From positions 1-62,623 of IMG/VR virus record IMGVR_UViG_3300042452_000337: DNA of 62,623 bases; one strand, 5' to 3'. Both the position numbers and the translations under genes were made by a program. The notes beneath the pieces are model-generated. The model had not been told where the DNA came from. It saw nothing but the letters and a program-made list of their open reading frames with translations, and made no database searches. Position 1 is the first letter of the stretch. Each line of letters starts with the position of its first letter. This document shows positions 37,597 through 47,532 of this stretch, piece after piece. Source of the stretch: a virus. Its lineage: Duplodnaviria; Caudoviricetes.

Positions 37597-37881
37597 TTAC
37601 TTCCCTCGCTTCTTGGCCGGGACGTCTTCGCTCTCAGAGTCCGCGTCGTCGTCCTCGCTCTTGAGGGCTTCCGGGAGGTCGTCGTCGGTGACGGGGATGT
37701 CAGGGCCCTTGCCCTTGTGTTCGGCGTGGAGGTCAGCCAAGTCCTCCCGCTCCTTCTCGGCAGCATCCTCCGCCTCTTCGCCCTGCTCTGAGCGAGGCTT
37801 GCCCTTCTTCGCCATGAGTTGCCGCAGCATCTTGCGCAGCACCTTCGGCGGGAGATCGTCAATGTCCAGTTCGGCATCCAT
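37597..37881 (-). CDS. Acidic hypothetical protein
   Basis: Operon packing. Confidence 0.65.
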   Translation of the reverse strand: MDAELDIDDLPPKVLRKMLRQLMAKKGKPRSEQGEEAEDAAEKEREDLADLHAEHKGKGPDIPVTDDDLPEALKSEDDDADSESEDVPAKKRGK

Positions 37882-37894
37882 GCCTTGCTTGCTC

Positions 37895-38431
37895 CTAATT
37901 GCGAAGTAACGAGTCGATCAGCGGCGTCTTGTCGAGGTAGATGGAATCCAGCCCAAACTGACCACGACGAATTGCCTCTAGTAAGTCCTGCTGCCAGCCT
38001 TGTTTCGCGTAACGCTCACGCACGTTGGCCGCACGGAGTCCTTCAAGCAGCCCGGCGTTGCCCAGTTGCTCGCCACGCATGGTCGTCTCGTACGCCTGAC
38101 GAGCCCGTTGGTTGGCGTCCTGCACGCCCATCTCGACCTGCGCTGCACCAGTAGCGGCCTGCACATCGGCTCCGGCCTGCGCCATGTCGGCACGCAACTG
38201 CTGACCACGCCCGCGAGAGACGCCAGCCCGATCCATGCCCTGCATGGCTGCGCGGCCCGCACCAGCGGAGGCGGCGTAGAGGTTGTTCGTCTGGTCGTTC
38301 ACCTTCGAGTCGGAGATCATCGGCGGCATATAGCCGTACGACGGCGGGGATGCCTGCTTCGTGCCCACAGGCTTGGGGGCCAGCGGGGAAGGCGTCTGCT
38401 GCGGGAGCGAGCGGTCGGCAAACACCGCCAT
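37895..38431 (-). CDS. Hypothetical virion protein
   Basis: TGATG coupling; Gln/Ala-rich. Confidence 0.7.
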   Translation of the reverse strand: MAVFADRSLPQQTPSPLAPKPVGTKQASPPSYGYMPPMISDSKVNDQTNNLYAASAGAGRAAMQGMDRAGVSRGRGQQLRADMAQAGADVQAATGAAQVEMGVQDANQRARQAYETTMRGEQLGNAGLLEGLRAANVRERYAKQGWQQDLLEAIRRGQFGLDSIYLDKTPLIDSLLRN

Positions 38432-38805
38432 CAGAAGTCCCTCGCCATGTTGTTGAGGAGGGCTTGCTGGAGGTTCGTCTGCTTCCGCTTCCGCAGGGCT
38501 GCGTAGTCGAAGTTCATGCCGGTGTCGAACACCGACCTTCGGGAGTCCAGTGCCCCCTTCTGCATCCGGGCGTCCACTTCGTTGCCTGCACGCTGCGCCA
38601 TGTTCTGGTTGCCCTGCTGACGAAGTTGGCTGTCCTCCTTCATCTGCTGGACGCCAAACTCTTGGTTCTTCTGCTCACGGTCCATGCCGAGCCCGGCCGC
38701 AGCCGCCATCGCCTGACCCTTGCCAAACGCACCCGCATCGCCGGTCTTCTTGGTGAGCCCGGAGAGCAACTGCTTCGAGGGGTTCTGGCCGACAGCCGCG
38801 TACAT
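38431..38805 (-). CDS. Hypothetical virion protein
   Basis: TGATG coupling; Gln-rich. Confidence 0.7.
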   Translation of the reverse strand: MYAAVGQNPSKQLLSGLTKKTGDAGAFGKGQAMAAAAGLGMDREQKNQEFGVQQMKEDSQLRQQGNQNMAQRAGNEVDARMQKGALDSRRSVFDTGMNFDYAALRKRKQTNLQQALLNNMARDF

Positions 38806-39116
38806 CAGAAGCCCCTCAGGAGCCCGCCAAGCAGGCCGTACTTCTTGTCCTGTCCCATGCGGGCCGTCTCGGAGTCGTACTGGCGGCGCTGTGCCTCAGA
38901 CGCTTGCAGGTTGCGTTCATGGGCTGCTTGCCAAGTGGCTTGAGCGCGGTTCTGGTGGTACTCCTGCCGCCCCTCCTCGTCCTGTCGATCAAGGTGCTCG
39001 TGGGCCTTTGCCATCTCGTTGCCTCTGTCCATTCCGACAAGGCTGCCACTCCACTGGGCCTTCTTCGTGTCGATGGGGTCGTACACACCAACGCCTCTTG
39101 AACCCATGTAGGGCAT
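38805..39116 (-). CDS. Hypothetical virion protein
   Basis: AGGAG RBS; C-terminal GLLGGLL. Confidence 0.65.
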   Translation of the reverse strand: MPYMGSRGVGVYDPIDTKKAQWSGSLVGMDRGNEMAKAHEHLDRQDEEGRQEYHQNRAQATWQAAHERNLQASEAQRRQYDSETARMGQDKKYGLLGGLLRGF

Positions 39117-39126
39117 CTCTCGTCTC

Positions 39127-39603
39127 CTATGCGTAGAAGTTGCCAAGCGACCGGCCGTCGTTGCCGATCCCTTGAGGGTTGCCTGCGATGTTGTTGCTCA
39201 TCGCTTTCTTGCGGAAACCCGAGTTCTGCCTGTTCGGGGGCTTGTATCCAGCCACGACGGACGGGCTGCCTGCGGGTCGGTTTTCCTTCGGCTCGTCGTG
39301 CGTGCCCCCCAACTCGGCGCTTTCGCTGGGGCCGTCGTAGTCCTGCGACTGGCCCGCAATCCGGACGGGGGCGATCTCGTTGAGCGACGACAGGAGATTG
39401 CGGATGCGATGGCCCGTAGACACAGAAGCCAGCGGGTCGTTCATCAACTGGTCGGAGTAGGCGGCAGAGAGGTCGCCAGCCTCCTTCTTCCGCTTGAGAA
39501 TCTCGTCCGACCCGCTGTAGTCGTACGTGGTGGACGAACGCAGTCCGGGAGCGCTGACGGTGCGGCGGGCGCTCGTCAGATATGGGGGCAGATACGAAGC
39601 CAT
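39127..39603 (-). CDS. Hypothetical protein
   Basis: First gene after late-promoter-like box at 39626. Confidence 0.7.
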   Translation of the reverse strand: MASYLPPYLTSARRTVSAPGLRSSTTYDYSGSDEILKRKKEAGDLSAAYSDQLMNDPLASVSTGHRIRNLLSSLNEIAPVRIAGQSQDYDGPSESAELGGTHDEPKENRPAGSPSVVAGYKPPNRQNSGFRKKAMSNNIAGNPQGIGNDGRSLGNFYA

Positions 39604-39625
39604 AAACCTGTGGCCTTTCCACAGG

Positions 39626-39635
39626 ATTTATGTCC
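39626..39635 (-). promoter_or_regulatory. Putative late promoter GGACATAAAT with start-codon-sequestering hairpin
   Basis: CATAAA-T-CCTGTGG-AAAGG-CCACAGG-TTTATG on the - strand. Confidence 0.6.
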
Positions 39636-39644
39636 CCCGACTGC

Positions 39645-40130
39645 CTACCGAGCGACCTTTTTCCGTGCCCGCCGAATCGCCAGTTTCACGGCCTGTTCTG
39701 CGGCAAAGCGCACGAACGGGAGTTTCCTGGCCGTCGCCTGCTCCTCCAGCCAGCCCACGATGGTCGGGATGTTCTGCTCGCAGAGGTCCGGACCCCACTC
39801 GTCCATCTGGCGGGCTCTGGCGTTACACGAGCAGTTGGGGCTGGCTTGGATGCCGAGCCAGTCTTTGAGGAGGGCTTTGAGTTCTGTGCCGGGCCCGGAG
39901 GCTGGGGGCTGTGGTGGTGGCGGCGGTGGCTCCTCCACCTCCTGAGGAACGTACCCTTCGCGGTACTTGGCTTTGAGGGCTTCGTACGCTTTCGCGGAGA
40001 GCGTTACCCCGATCTTTTGGTCGCCTGCCGTGTGCAGAGTTCCGGCAGCAATTATGTCCTGTATGTAGCCCTGAGGCCGCTCGGAAGCCGCACGCTCGAT
40101 AGATTCCCAAGAAAAGTGGACTGTGTTCAT
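39645..40130 (-). CDS. Hypothetical protein with poly-Pro linker and CxC motif
   Basis: ATGA overlap with the Cys-rich gene. Confidence 0.7.
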   Translation of the reverse strand: MNTVHFSWESIERAASERPQGYIQDIIAAGTLHTAGDQKIGVTLSAKAYEALKAKYREGYVPQEVEEPPPPPPQPPASGPGTELKALLKDWLGIQASPNCSCNARARQMDEWGPDLCEQNIPTIVGWLEEQATARKLPFVRFAAEQAVKLAIRRARKKVAR

Positions 40131-42004
40131 GGTGGTGGAAGGCAGGTGGGGGCGGTGTCAAAAAATCCAGTGTCCGGCTCGACAGCATCGCATTCGGCGC
40201 ACGGCATACACTCTCGGGGGTTCATTTTCACGCAGTACGTGCCTTCCGGGCAGTTCCCGAGATTGACGATAACCGCGCCGAACGGCGGCCCGGAGTTGAC
40301 TTGGCAATCATCTATGGGGTCGCCAACGCAATCGGCTTTGCTGACGTAATAATCTTCTGTAACGTCGCGAAGGCGGTCGCCATCACACACGTACAGTTTT
40401 TTCTTGAACTTCACCTTTACGCAGCAGGAGTAGTTGGGATTCCCCGTCGGGCAATCGCCGGGCTCTTGGTATCTGCCATACGACGTAGACGCATACAAGA
40501 TTCGTTTGTGGCATCCCAGCAGGTTCTTTCCGGGCTTGAGCGGCGTGCTGGGCTCGCTAAATAGTCCGGAGGGTTCACCGTAATACACTGCTTGCGTGTC
40601 GTTCTCGCACTCGCATGGCGGATAGAACAATGCACCGCCGCCCGGGCACGGCGCAGACCATACGTTGCCCTTAGGCTGGCAAAACGTATCAATTCCGTCC
40701 GCGATACCATCGCATTCGCATGGCTTGGCGCACACGCCTCCGCAGCACGCGCACTCCGGGCCGCAGTCGTTTCCGTCGACGCACATGCAGCGCGCTATCT
40801 CAAGGTCGTCGCACGCGTCGTCGCACTTGATGTCGAGTTGCACGCTGATGCCGAACACGGGGCACGGGTTCAGAACAACCACCTCGAATTGCGTTGCGCC
40901 CGCAGGCTTGCTCCACGTGAGCGTGCCGTGCGGCTCCCCGTCTAGGTCGCCTCCGTTCCTGTCGTCCGGGCAGTCGCAGCACTCAAAACCTCGCCAGCCT
41001 GAGTCGCGCTTTATTACTCGACTTCCGGGCTGCGGGCAGCCGTCGACCATGATCGGCCCCCAAATCTGCACGCGGATCGGTCGTCCCGCAGGGCTGCTGT
41101 AGTTCACGCAAATCTCGCGCTCGCAGCCGTCTATGGAGTAGACGCCCGGAGCGTTGCCACCCGCAAACGAGCACGGTAATGCGCACGGGTCTTCCGGACA
41201 CGAATCACGGCATTCCGCGAGTGTGTCGTACGGGCCATCGGGGTCGGGCTGGCAGGACAGGGTGCCGCAGCCGTCCTGCTTGCAGTCGTAGCGCCGACAG
41301 TTGGAAATGCACGATGTAGTAGCGCTTCCAGTATTTGTGCTGTACGGCCCGCTTTTGGTGAGGCTGCACTGAACTGTGCCAGTGCCTCCTCCGGGCGATG
41401 GAACGGTCGCGAAGCCGCACGGGCTCTGTGGCTGGCCGAAGGCGTCGTACGATGCGGGCTTGCAGGTAGTTGTGGGCGGCGGGTCTTTTGGATTACCGTT
41501 TTCGTCGTTGGGGCACTCGTCCCAGCAGCAGTAGTGAGATTCGACTCTTGGGAGACACTCGCCGCCCACGCAGTTTTCTTCTGGTCCGCAGGGATAGCAG
41601 AACCCCTCAACGCAGACCGTGCATGGGCCGCATGGCAGGCAGTATCCATCGACGCACTCTTCGCACGGCCCGCACGGGACGCACACACCATCCTCGCACT
41701 TGTGGCATGGTGGGCATGGCCCACCGTCAGCGCAGCACTCCTCGATACGCTCGCACTTGCGGTCAACGCACTCGTAGCACTGCGGGCAGGGAACGAACGG
41801 CCCGCACTCGCAGGGAGTTGTAGGCGGCACGCACGACTCGGTGCATGGCTCCTGCGAGTCGCCCGGATCGTTGCTGCACTCCTGCACGGGATTGCCGCAC
41901 TCGTCGGGTCTGGTGCGGCAGAAGCGATTGCAGCAGCACTGCACGCCAGCGGCAAGTGCGGCACCAACTCGCAGAAGGCTTCCGCGAAGCGTCCGGAGTG
42001 TCAT
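40127..42004 (-). CDS. Extremely Cys-rich protein (625 aa)
   Basis: Tandem C.PC..C.DG.C repeats; signal-like N-terminus. Confidence 0.75.
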   Translation of the reverse strand: MTLRTLRGSLLRVGAALAAGVQCCCNRFCRTRPDECGNPVQECSNDPGDSQEPCTESCVPPTTPCECGPFVPCPQCYECVDRKCERIEECCADGGPCPPCHKCEDGVCVPCGPCEECVDGYCLPCGPCTVCVEGFCYPCGPEENCVGGECLPRVESHYCCWDECPNDENGNPKDPPPTTTCKPASYDAFGQPQSPCGFATVPSPGGGTGTVQCSLTKSGPYSTNTGSATTSCISNCRRYDCKQDGCGTLSCQPDPDGPYDTLAECRDSCPEDPCALPCSFAGGNAPGVYSIDGCEREICVNYSSPAGRPIRVQIWGPIMVDGCPQPGSRVIKRDSGWRGFECCDCPDDRNGGDLDGEPHGTLTWSKPAGATQFEVVVLNPCPVFGISVQLDIKCDDACDDLEIARCMCVDGNDCGPECACCGGVCAKPCECDGIADGIDTFCQPKGNVWSAPCPGGGALFYPPCECENDTQAVYYGEPSGLFSEPSTPLKPGKNLLGCHKRILYASTSYGRYQEPGDCPTGNPNYSCCVKVKFKKKLYVCDGDRLRDVTEDYYVSKADCVGDPIDDCQVNSGPPFGAVIVNLGNCPEGTYCVKMNPRECMPCAECDAVEPDTGFFDTAPTCLPPP

Positions 42005-42006
42005 GG

Positions 42007-42696
42007 CTATCCGCAGGAGGTGGTGGAGATGGTGTCAGGCGCTATGTCTTCGGCCGCCAGCACCCGAATCCGCTTCTTCGGGAACGTGAGGGTTGTGCCG
42101 TCGAATGTGGCACCAGTGACCACATCAATTTCTTGACCGAATGCCGAAAGGAAATCGCTCAACTGCAACCGCCACACCAATTCTGTACCCGTCTCCTCGA
42201 TGAAGAAACGCAGGCCGGAGTCGTCTGCTTCGCAGCGGACGTTCTTCCCTAGAACAGTGTTGCTCTGCGGGTCCAAAAGCGCGACCCTACCGCTACCGTT
42301 CACCTTCAAGTCCACCTGCACCGACTCGCCCCTGCCCTTCGCCTCCGTGTACTGCCCACCCTGCACGCGGTAGGTGGCAGTGGTCTGCTGCGGCGACGGC
42401 TCCCGGCGCACCGTACTGGCCTGCTGGGCAACCCGCCTCTCTTCGCTCGTCTCCAGCAGCGTCGGCCGGTAGTCGGGGTCGCCCTGACGGAAGTCGAGTC
42501 CGGGCAGTTGGTACGTCCTGCGTTCAGGCGTCACGTACCGCATGGCCTCCGGAGTCAGGTCAACCGTCTCCGGGTTTGTGCGGACGAGAGTCTGGACGCC
42601 GTTGCCGAGAATGGCGGCGATCTTCTGGGCCGCATCGGGGGCCAGCCCCGCCGCTTTGAGGGCGTTCGCGATCTGACCGGCCTGTGCGGAGAACAT
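42007..42696 (-). CDS. Tail-associated hypothetical protein
   Basis: TAATG coupling; structural context. Confidence 0.7.
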   Translation of the reverse strand: MFSAQAGQIANALKAAGLAPDAAQKIAAILGNGVQTLVRTNPETVDLTPEAMRYVTPERRTYQLPGLDFRQGDPDYRPTLLETSEERRVAQQASTVRREPSPQQTTATYRVQGGQYTEAKGRGESVQVDLKVNGSGRVALLDPQSNTVLGKNVRCEADDSGLRFFIEETGTELVWRLQLSDFLSAFGQEIDVVTGATFDGTTLTFPKKRIRVLAAEDIAPDTISTTSCG

Positions 42697-45659
42697 TAGC
42701 CACCCGCCTTGCCTGCGGTGCCTGCGATCTCAAGCCCGTAGAACGTGACCGTATCGGCGTTCTTGCGGGCACCGGCCAACTCGACGGCGATATGCCGGTC
42801 GGCCGACTTCACATCTGCAAGCGTGCGGCCCGTGAACATGGCGGTGGCAACGCCGCTATCCGCCCCAGTGGACTGCGTGGGTGCGGCCATGTCGTAGCGG
42901 GCACCGGCGTCTACCGTGCTGTGCGTGAACCCCACGCCTCTGTTGCGGGGAGCGACGTTGTATCGTGGCGAGTGAGAGTTGTTGTAATACGTCCGCAGAG
43001 CCACCTCGCAGGTGTTTGGCTGCGGATCGTAGGCGAGCGTAATGCCACGCTGCATCTCGCTTGCGGCCTTCGGGTCGAGGGCCTCAGAGATGAGTTCCGC
43101 ATTGCCGCCCTTGAAGCGGTAGGTCGGGTATAGCGGCATATCGGAGGTCTTGTCGGTCGTGGTGTACACGGCGACCGCATTCGTCTTGTTGGTGGCCTTC
43201 GGGTCGTCGGGAGCGCTGATCGTCAGCCCGCCGCCCGAGTACCCGTATCCCGGAGAGTTGATCCAGATGGCCGTGACGGAACCCTGAGCGTTGATGCTGG
43301 CTTGGAACTCCGCTCCGCTCCCGCCGGTGGCGGTGACGGCAGGTGGGGTGCGGTAGCCAGTCCCGCCGTTCACGAGGGCCACCGACACGACAGAGCCTCG
43401 ACCTAGATCGGCCATGCCTTCGTTGAGCAGGAGCGGCCCGCTCTGGCCTGCATACGCGCACCGGAAGTCGCCGTTGGAAAGGCGGACCTGCGCACCGCCA
43501 GTGATGCGCTGAGGGTACTTCTCGTACCACCACGCCTTCGAGTCGAGCGAGTAGCACAGCACGCGAGTGGGGTATCCGGAGGGGTTGTCCTCCTTGAACG
43601 GCACGAACGCCCTCAACGTCTTGGTCTTGGCATCCACCAGCAGGAACGCCCACTTCATCGACCCGTAGTCAACGTGATCCCGGAACAGGTTCTCGATGGA
43701 GTCTGAGAGGTTCTCGATCTGCCCGGTCGGAGCGATTCCGTAGATTCCGTACTGGTCGAGAACGTAGCACGTCCCGTCGTAGATGTCCCAGCAACGCTGG
43801 TTCACGCACCCGCGATACGCTATGGGTGTCACCTGCGCATCAAGCAGCGGAGTCTTGGCGAACGTGAGCGAGTACGAGTGCCGCTCCTGCATCAGCAGCA
43901 GGGCGGAGCCGAACGGAATCATGGCTCGCAGCCGGTCGGCGTCTCTGGCGTTCTGCTGGAGGATGATCTCGTTGGCGTCAGGGACGCTCTCCGGCTCGTC
44001 CACCTCCGAGTAGTAGATGTGGTTCGGTTCGTCGCCGCTTGTGTCCACGCCATACCAGAAACGGTCTTGGAACCGCACGACCACCGACTTGTCGCTGGGT
44101 GGAACTCCAAACCGGTTTGCGTTGAGTTCGCCGTTCGGCAGGACGATGGGCATGGCGGCGTAGCCATCGCGATCTGGGTCGCGCAGTTCGTCGTCTGTCA
44201 GGTCGTCGGTGAAGGTGGTTCCTGTCAGAGTCGTCACGCGGTACAGGGTCGTAGCCTGATTGCCGGTCGAGCGCCACAACTCGATCTTTTTGGCACGCCC
44301 GGTTGCAGCAGGAACCGTCCACGACACAGACGCCTTGCCCTCGCCTGCGTCAATCTCCTTGAGCGGAGAGAGATTGCTGGGGATCGGCCCGCCTTTGTCC
44401 TCTGCTGTGTCGTCCGCGTAGCGGTAGTAGCACTGGTACGTTCCGCGCAGGTGCGGCCGGGATACGGCGAATGCCTCTGCCCCGCCAGACACCACCTCCA
44501 CCTTCGGGGCCGTCTTGTATCCGCCACCGCCGTTCTCCAGTGTCACCTCTGTGATTTTGCCGTTCTTCACCTTGCATGTGGCGTAGGCACCAAAGCCGGA
44601 GTCGCTGGTGATCTTGATTTGCGGGGCGACGAGATAGCCGCTGCCGCCGTTCTTGAGAAGGAGTTCTTTGACTTTGTAGCGCGGAGCCCCAGCATTGTTA
44701 TCGTTCCCGCGCGTCAGCCCCTCAATGATGACCTTGTTCGCGGAGTCTCCAAGAATGGGGTTGATGGTGACGCGGATGGTGGACTTGTCGGAGTAACCTG
44801 CACCGTATCGCCTTCGCTCCGCAAGCCGCAGAGACGGTGCGCCGTCGTAGAAGAACGTGCTCGCGCCACCTGCGTTGGTGCAACTACTGTTGAAACTCCC
44901 GCCGTTCCACTGAATTCTCAACACCGCGCCACTTCCTGTCGTAACGCCAGACACCGTGTAGGTAAGGATGTTGGTGTAGCCGATGTACGGTGGGGTGAAG
45001 CACACGATGCGGGTCGCGGCGGCGTTGCGGATGTAGTACCACCACGTGTAGGTAAACGTGCCGTTGCGCGTGATCGGCAGGTCAACATAAAAAGGAGTGG
45101 CGTTAGCGCCTCCTATGCCAGCGAACAGTGCGTCTTGCCCTCCGTTCTCGATAATCTCCCAATCGGTGATGCCGGTCTTGGGATCGTTGGTCGGGTCTTC
45201 TGGAGCGCTGCTGCCATCGCCGTCCAGCACCGCCTCGATCACCGCACCCTTGCCGTGCGAGTCGCTCAACTCCACCGACGGCTGCTCGCTGTACCCCTTG
45301 CCACCATCGAGGACGAGAATCTCTCCGACGGCGGATTGGTTGAGGTACGACGCCGCTTTGGCCGGGCGGGTGCTGCTGCCGCCGGACGAGAACGTCACCT
45401 CCGGCGGGCCGTAGTAGCACGCTCCAGGCTTCGTCATGTCTACGCGGGCGACGTAGTGCAAAGCGGGGCCGTTTGCCGTAATGGCTGGCGCTGCGGTCGG
45501 GGCGTCCATCCCGGCGTCCACTGCTGCCGCAGACCCGTCCCATCGGGCGGGGCGGATGTTGTTGCCCTGCGCAATGATGAGTTCCTCGTGCCGCCCCTGC
45601 GCCATGCTGACGGGGGAGTCTTTCGAGAACCGGGATGTGATGGTTGATGGGGCCGTCAT
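42696..45659 (-). CDS. Tail tubular B/stabilisation-like protein with GG.GY repeats
   Basis: Beta-propeller-like C-terminal half (YYSEVDEPESVP); repeated NGG.GY..AP.V. Confidence 0.6.
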   Translation of the reverse strand: MTAPSTITSRFSKDSPVSMAQGRHEELIIAQGNNIRPARWDGSAAAVDAGMDAPTAAPAITANGPALHYVARVDMTKPGACYYGPPEVTFSSGGSSTRPAKAASYLNQSAVGEILVLDGGKGYSEQPSVELSDSHGKGAVIEAVLDGDGSSAPEDPTNDPKTGITDWEIIENGGQDALFAGIGGANATPFYVDLPITRNGTFTYTWWYYIRNAAATRIVCFTPPYIGYTNILTYTVSGVTTGSGAVLRIQWNGGSFNSSCTNAGGASTFFYDGAPSLRLAERRRYGAGYSDKSTIRVTINPILGDSANKVIIEGLTRGNDNNAGAPRYKVKELLLKNGGSGYLVAPQIKITSDSGFGAYATCKVKNGKITEVTLENGGGGYKTAPKVEVVSGGAEAFAVSRPHLRGTYQCYYRYADDTAEDKGGPIPSNLSPLKEIDAGEGKASVSWTVPAATGRAKKIELWRSTGNQATTLYRVTTLTGTTFTDDLTDDELRDPDRDGYAAMPIVLPNGELNANRFGVPPSDKSVVVRFQDRFWYGVDTSGDEPNHIYYSEVDEPESVPDANEIILQQNARDADRLRAMIPFGSALLLMQERHSYSLTFAKTPLLDAQVTPIAYRGCVNQRCWDIYDGTCYVLDQYGIYGIAPTGQIENLSDSIENLFRDHVDYGSMKWAFLLVDAKTKTLRAFVPFKEDNPSGYPTRVLCYSLDSKAWWYEKYPQRITGGAQVRLSNGDFRCAYAGQSGPLLLNEGMADLGRGSVVSVALVNGGTGYRTPPAVTATGGSGAEFQASINAQGSVTAIWINSPGYGYSGGGLTISAPDDPKATNKTNAVAVYTTTDKTSDMPLYPTYRFKGGNAELISEALDPKAASEMQRGITLAYDPQPNTCEVALRTYYNNSHSPRYNVAPRNRGVGFTHSTVDAGARYDMAAPTQSTGADSGVATAMFTGRTLADVKSADRHIAVELAGARKNADTVTFYGLEIAGTAGKAGG

Positions 45660-45661
45660 GG

Positions 45662-46318
45662 CTACGTCAGGTCTGTCGGATAGTCGTAGGTGGCAATGAA
45701 GTATTCTTTGAATGGCACGGCGCGACTGAATCCTTCTGACGTTCCGGAAGGCACGCCGTCCACAATCCTAGTGGCGGTGACGCGGCAACGAACCTCCCAG
45801 TAGTTGCTTGGGAATACGACGTTTGCATGCACGGGGGAGCCGCCGTACCCCTGCCAATAGTAAATGTTCCAGAGGACATTGGGCGTGGGGCCAGCGCGAT
45901 GGAATCCCGGATTCTGTAATATGCTCCCTGTGGCAAGCGTAATGGTTTCCCATGACGAAGACGCCGGAGTGGTGAACCGGCACGCTGGGCCTATGCAAAG
46001 CGCTGGGCTGATCGTGCGTAAAAATCTCCCCTGCCAGGTGTAAACCACATTCGCGAGCGTCGCGCCATCGGCTGAGGCGGCAGCGGTCACGGAAGACGCT
46101 ATGCCGCCTGTAGTCCCCGTAGCCGGAGTCAAACTTAGACTGACTTGAAGTGCTGGAGCGGGCGGCGTGGTGGTGCCGCCGGTCGGCGTGCCCGGCGTAG
46201 ACCACTGGCTGAACGGCCCGAAGCCGACGGCATTCTTGGCCCGCACCCGGAATCGGTATTGCGTGCCGGGAGTGAGTCCAGTGACGGTGGTGGTTGTTTC
46301 TGTGACTGTGGTGCCCAT
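45662..46318 (-). CDS. Fibronectin type III domain protein
   Basis: VTGLTPGTQYRFRVRAKNAVGFGPFS. Confidence 0.75.
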   Translation of the reverse strand: MGTTVTETTTTVTGLTPGTQYRFRVRAKNAVGFGPFSQWSTPGTPTGGTTTPPAPALQVSLSLTPATGTTGGIASSVTAAASADGATLANVVYTWQGRFLRTISPALCIGPACRFTTPASSSWETITLATGSILQNPGFHRAGPTPNVLWNIYYWQGYGGSPVHANVVFPSNYWEVRCRVTATRIVDGVPSGTSEGFSRAVPFKEYFIATYDYPTDLT

Positions 46319-46347
46319 GAAGAATCTCCTTTGTGCTGCTGCGGTAC

Positions 46348-47529
46348 TTAGGTCACCGTAAAGGGCGCGGACTTCGGGCCTTCGCCAACGGCGTTGACTG
46401 CGGCCACCCGCACAGTCTCACCGCCGGACGGCTCGGGGTCTGGTTCAAAAAACGCGCTCGTCGCGGTGCCGGACGCCTGCACAGATGCGACGGTCGCGCC
46501 GTTGTAGTAGACGCGGTAGGCCGTAATCGCAGAGCCGCCGTTGCTGGCGGGCGCGCTCCATGTCGTCGTGATCCGGCCGAAGCCGCCGTCGTAGACCGAC
46601 GACGTAATCGTGGGTGCGCCCGGAACAGTTGCGAAAACCTCTTGTTCCAAATCCAGCGTCCATCCAGACGGAAGCGACTGCCCGATGGGCCACAGTCGCA
46701 AGGTAGCGGACGTATTACCCCAAGCGGTGACAATCGGTGGATCAAGTGCGTCCGGGAGCGGGGTGGGCGTGTTCCCGCCCACCGTAGACACCTCCATGTC
46801 ATAGGACAGCACCGGAGAGCCGCCGTCGTAGAGCGGAGCCTGCCATGCCACCGTAGCGCCCGATGCAATGAAGGAAGCGTTGACGTTTCGCGGAGCGGAC
46901 GGGACAGCGCCTTCGGGCGGGGTTGGGTTGGGGTTGGTGTCGGCTCCGCACAGGCCAGTAACGACTTCCAAGCAATCGGCAACAGACGACGCCGTTCCTC
47001 CGTCGAACGCCTGCTCAAGCGGCTGCTCGGCGCATCCAGAGGCGTCGAGTCGCGGTGTAGCGACGAACGTGTAGGCTGTTCCGCCAAGCAGTGATTCCTT
47101 GCAGTCGGAGGCATCGCCGCCACTCCACCCTCCACCCGGATTCGGGTCAAGTTCCGGATCGGGGGGATCGAAGGAGTCTGCTGGCCCCTCGACAAAACGC
47201 TGTGTGTAGCCGGTGGTCACAAGAGGAGAGCCGCCCAAGTCAGGCTCGTACGGCACCTTCGACTGCCAGCCGTACGCTGGGCTGGGCTGGAACACAATCC
47301 GACCGTCAGGCAGCATCGAAATGAGCGCCGACCTGCCGTCTTTCTCGTAAGGAAAACAGTCCAGAATATCTGGCGATCCGCCAACAACGGCGACCTTTCG
47401 CATCCCTCCGCGAACGTAAACCTGACCGGGAACATTGCAGGCGAGGTTCGTCTGCTCTACGGCGGCTGTCGGCGGGATTGCAAATGGGCTGGCGGCTGTC
47501 ACCAGACCGGGCCACTGGGATGTGGGCAT
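46348..47529 (-). CDS. Tail protein with FN3 domains
   Basis: PSAP...WQAP.YDGGSPV.SY; WSAPASNGGSAITAY...VAAVNAVGEG. Confidence 0.75.
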   Translation of the reverse strand: MPTSQWPGLVTAASPFAIPPTAAVEQTNLACNVPGQVYVRGGMRKVAVVGGSPDILDCFPYEKDGRSALISMLPDGRIVFQPSPAYGWQSKVPYEPDLGGSPLVTTGYTQRFVEGPADSFDPPDPELDPNPGGGWSGGDASDCKESLLGGTAYTFVATPRLDASGCAEQPLEQAFDGGTASSVADCLEVVTGLCGADTNPNPTPPEGAVPSAPRNVNASFIASGATVAWQAPLYDGGSPVLSYDMEVSTVGGNTPTPLPDALDPPIVTAWGNTSATLRLWPIGQSLPSGWTLDLEQEVFATVPGAPTITSSVYDGGFGRITTTWSAPASNGGSAITAYRVYYNGATVASVQASGTATSAFFEPDPEPSGGETVRVAAVNAVGEGPKSAPFTVT

Positions 47530-47532
47530 GGC

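Noticed and set aside
40050-40059. GGACATAATT as a fifth late promoter
   Set aside because: It has a mismatch, lies inside a CDS and has no nearby downstream start.
29780-45647. Long + strand ORFs opposite structural genes (e.g. 29780-31267, 33197-34534, 43878-45647)
   Set aside because: These are antisense shadows typical of high-GC coding DNA, with no RBS or motifs.
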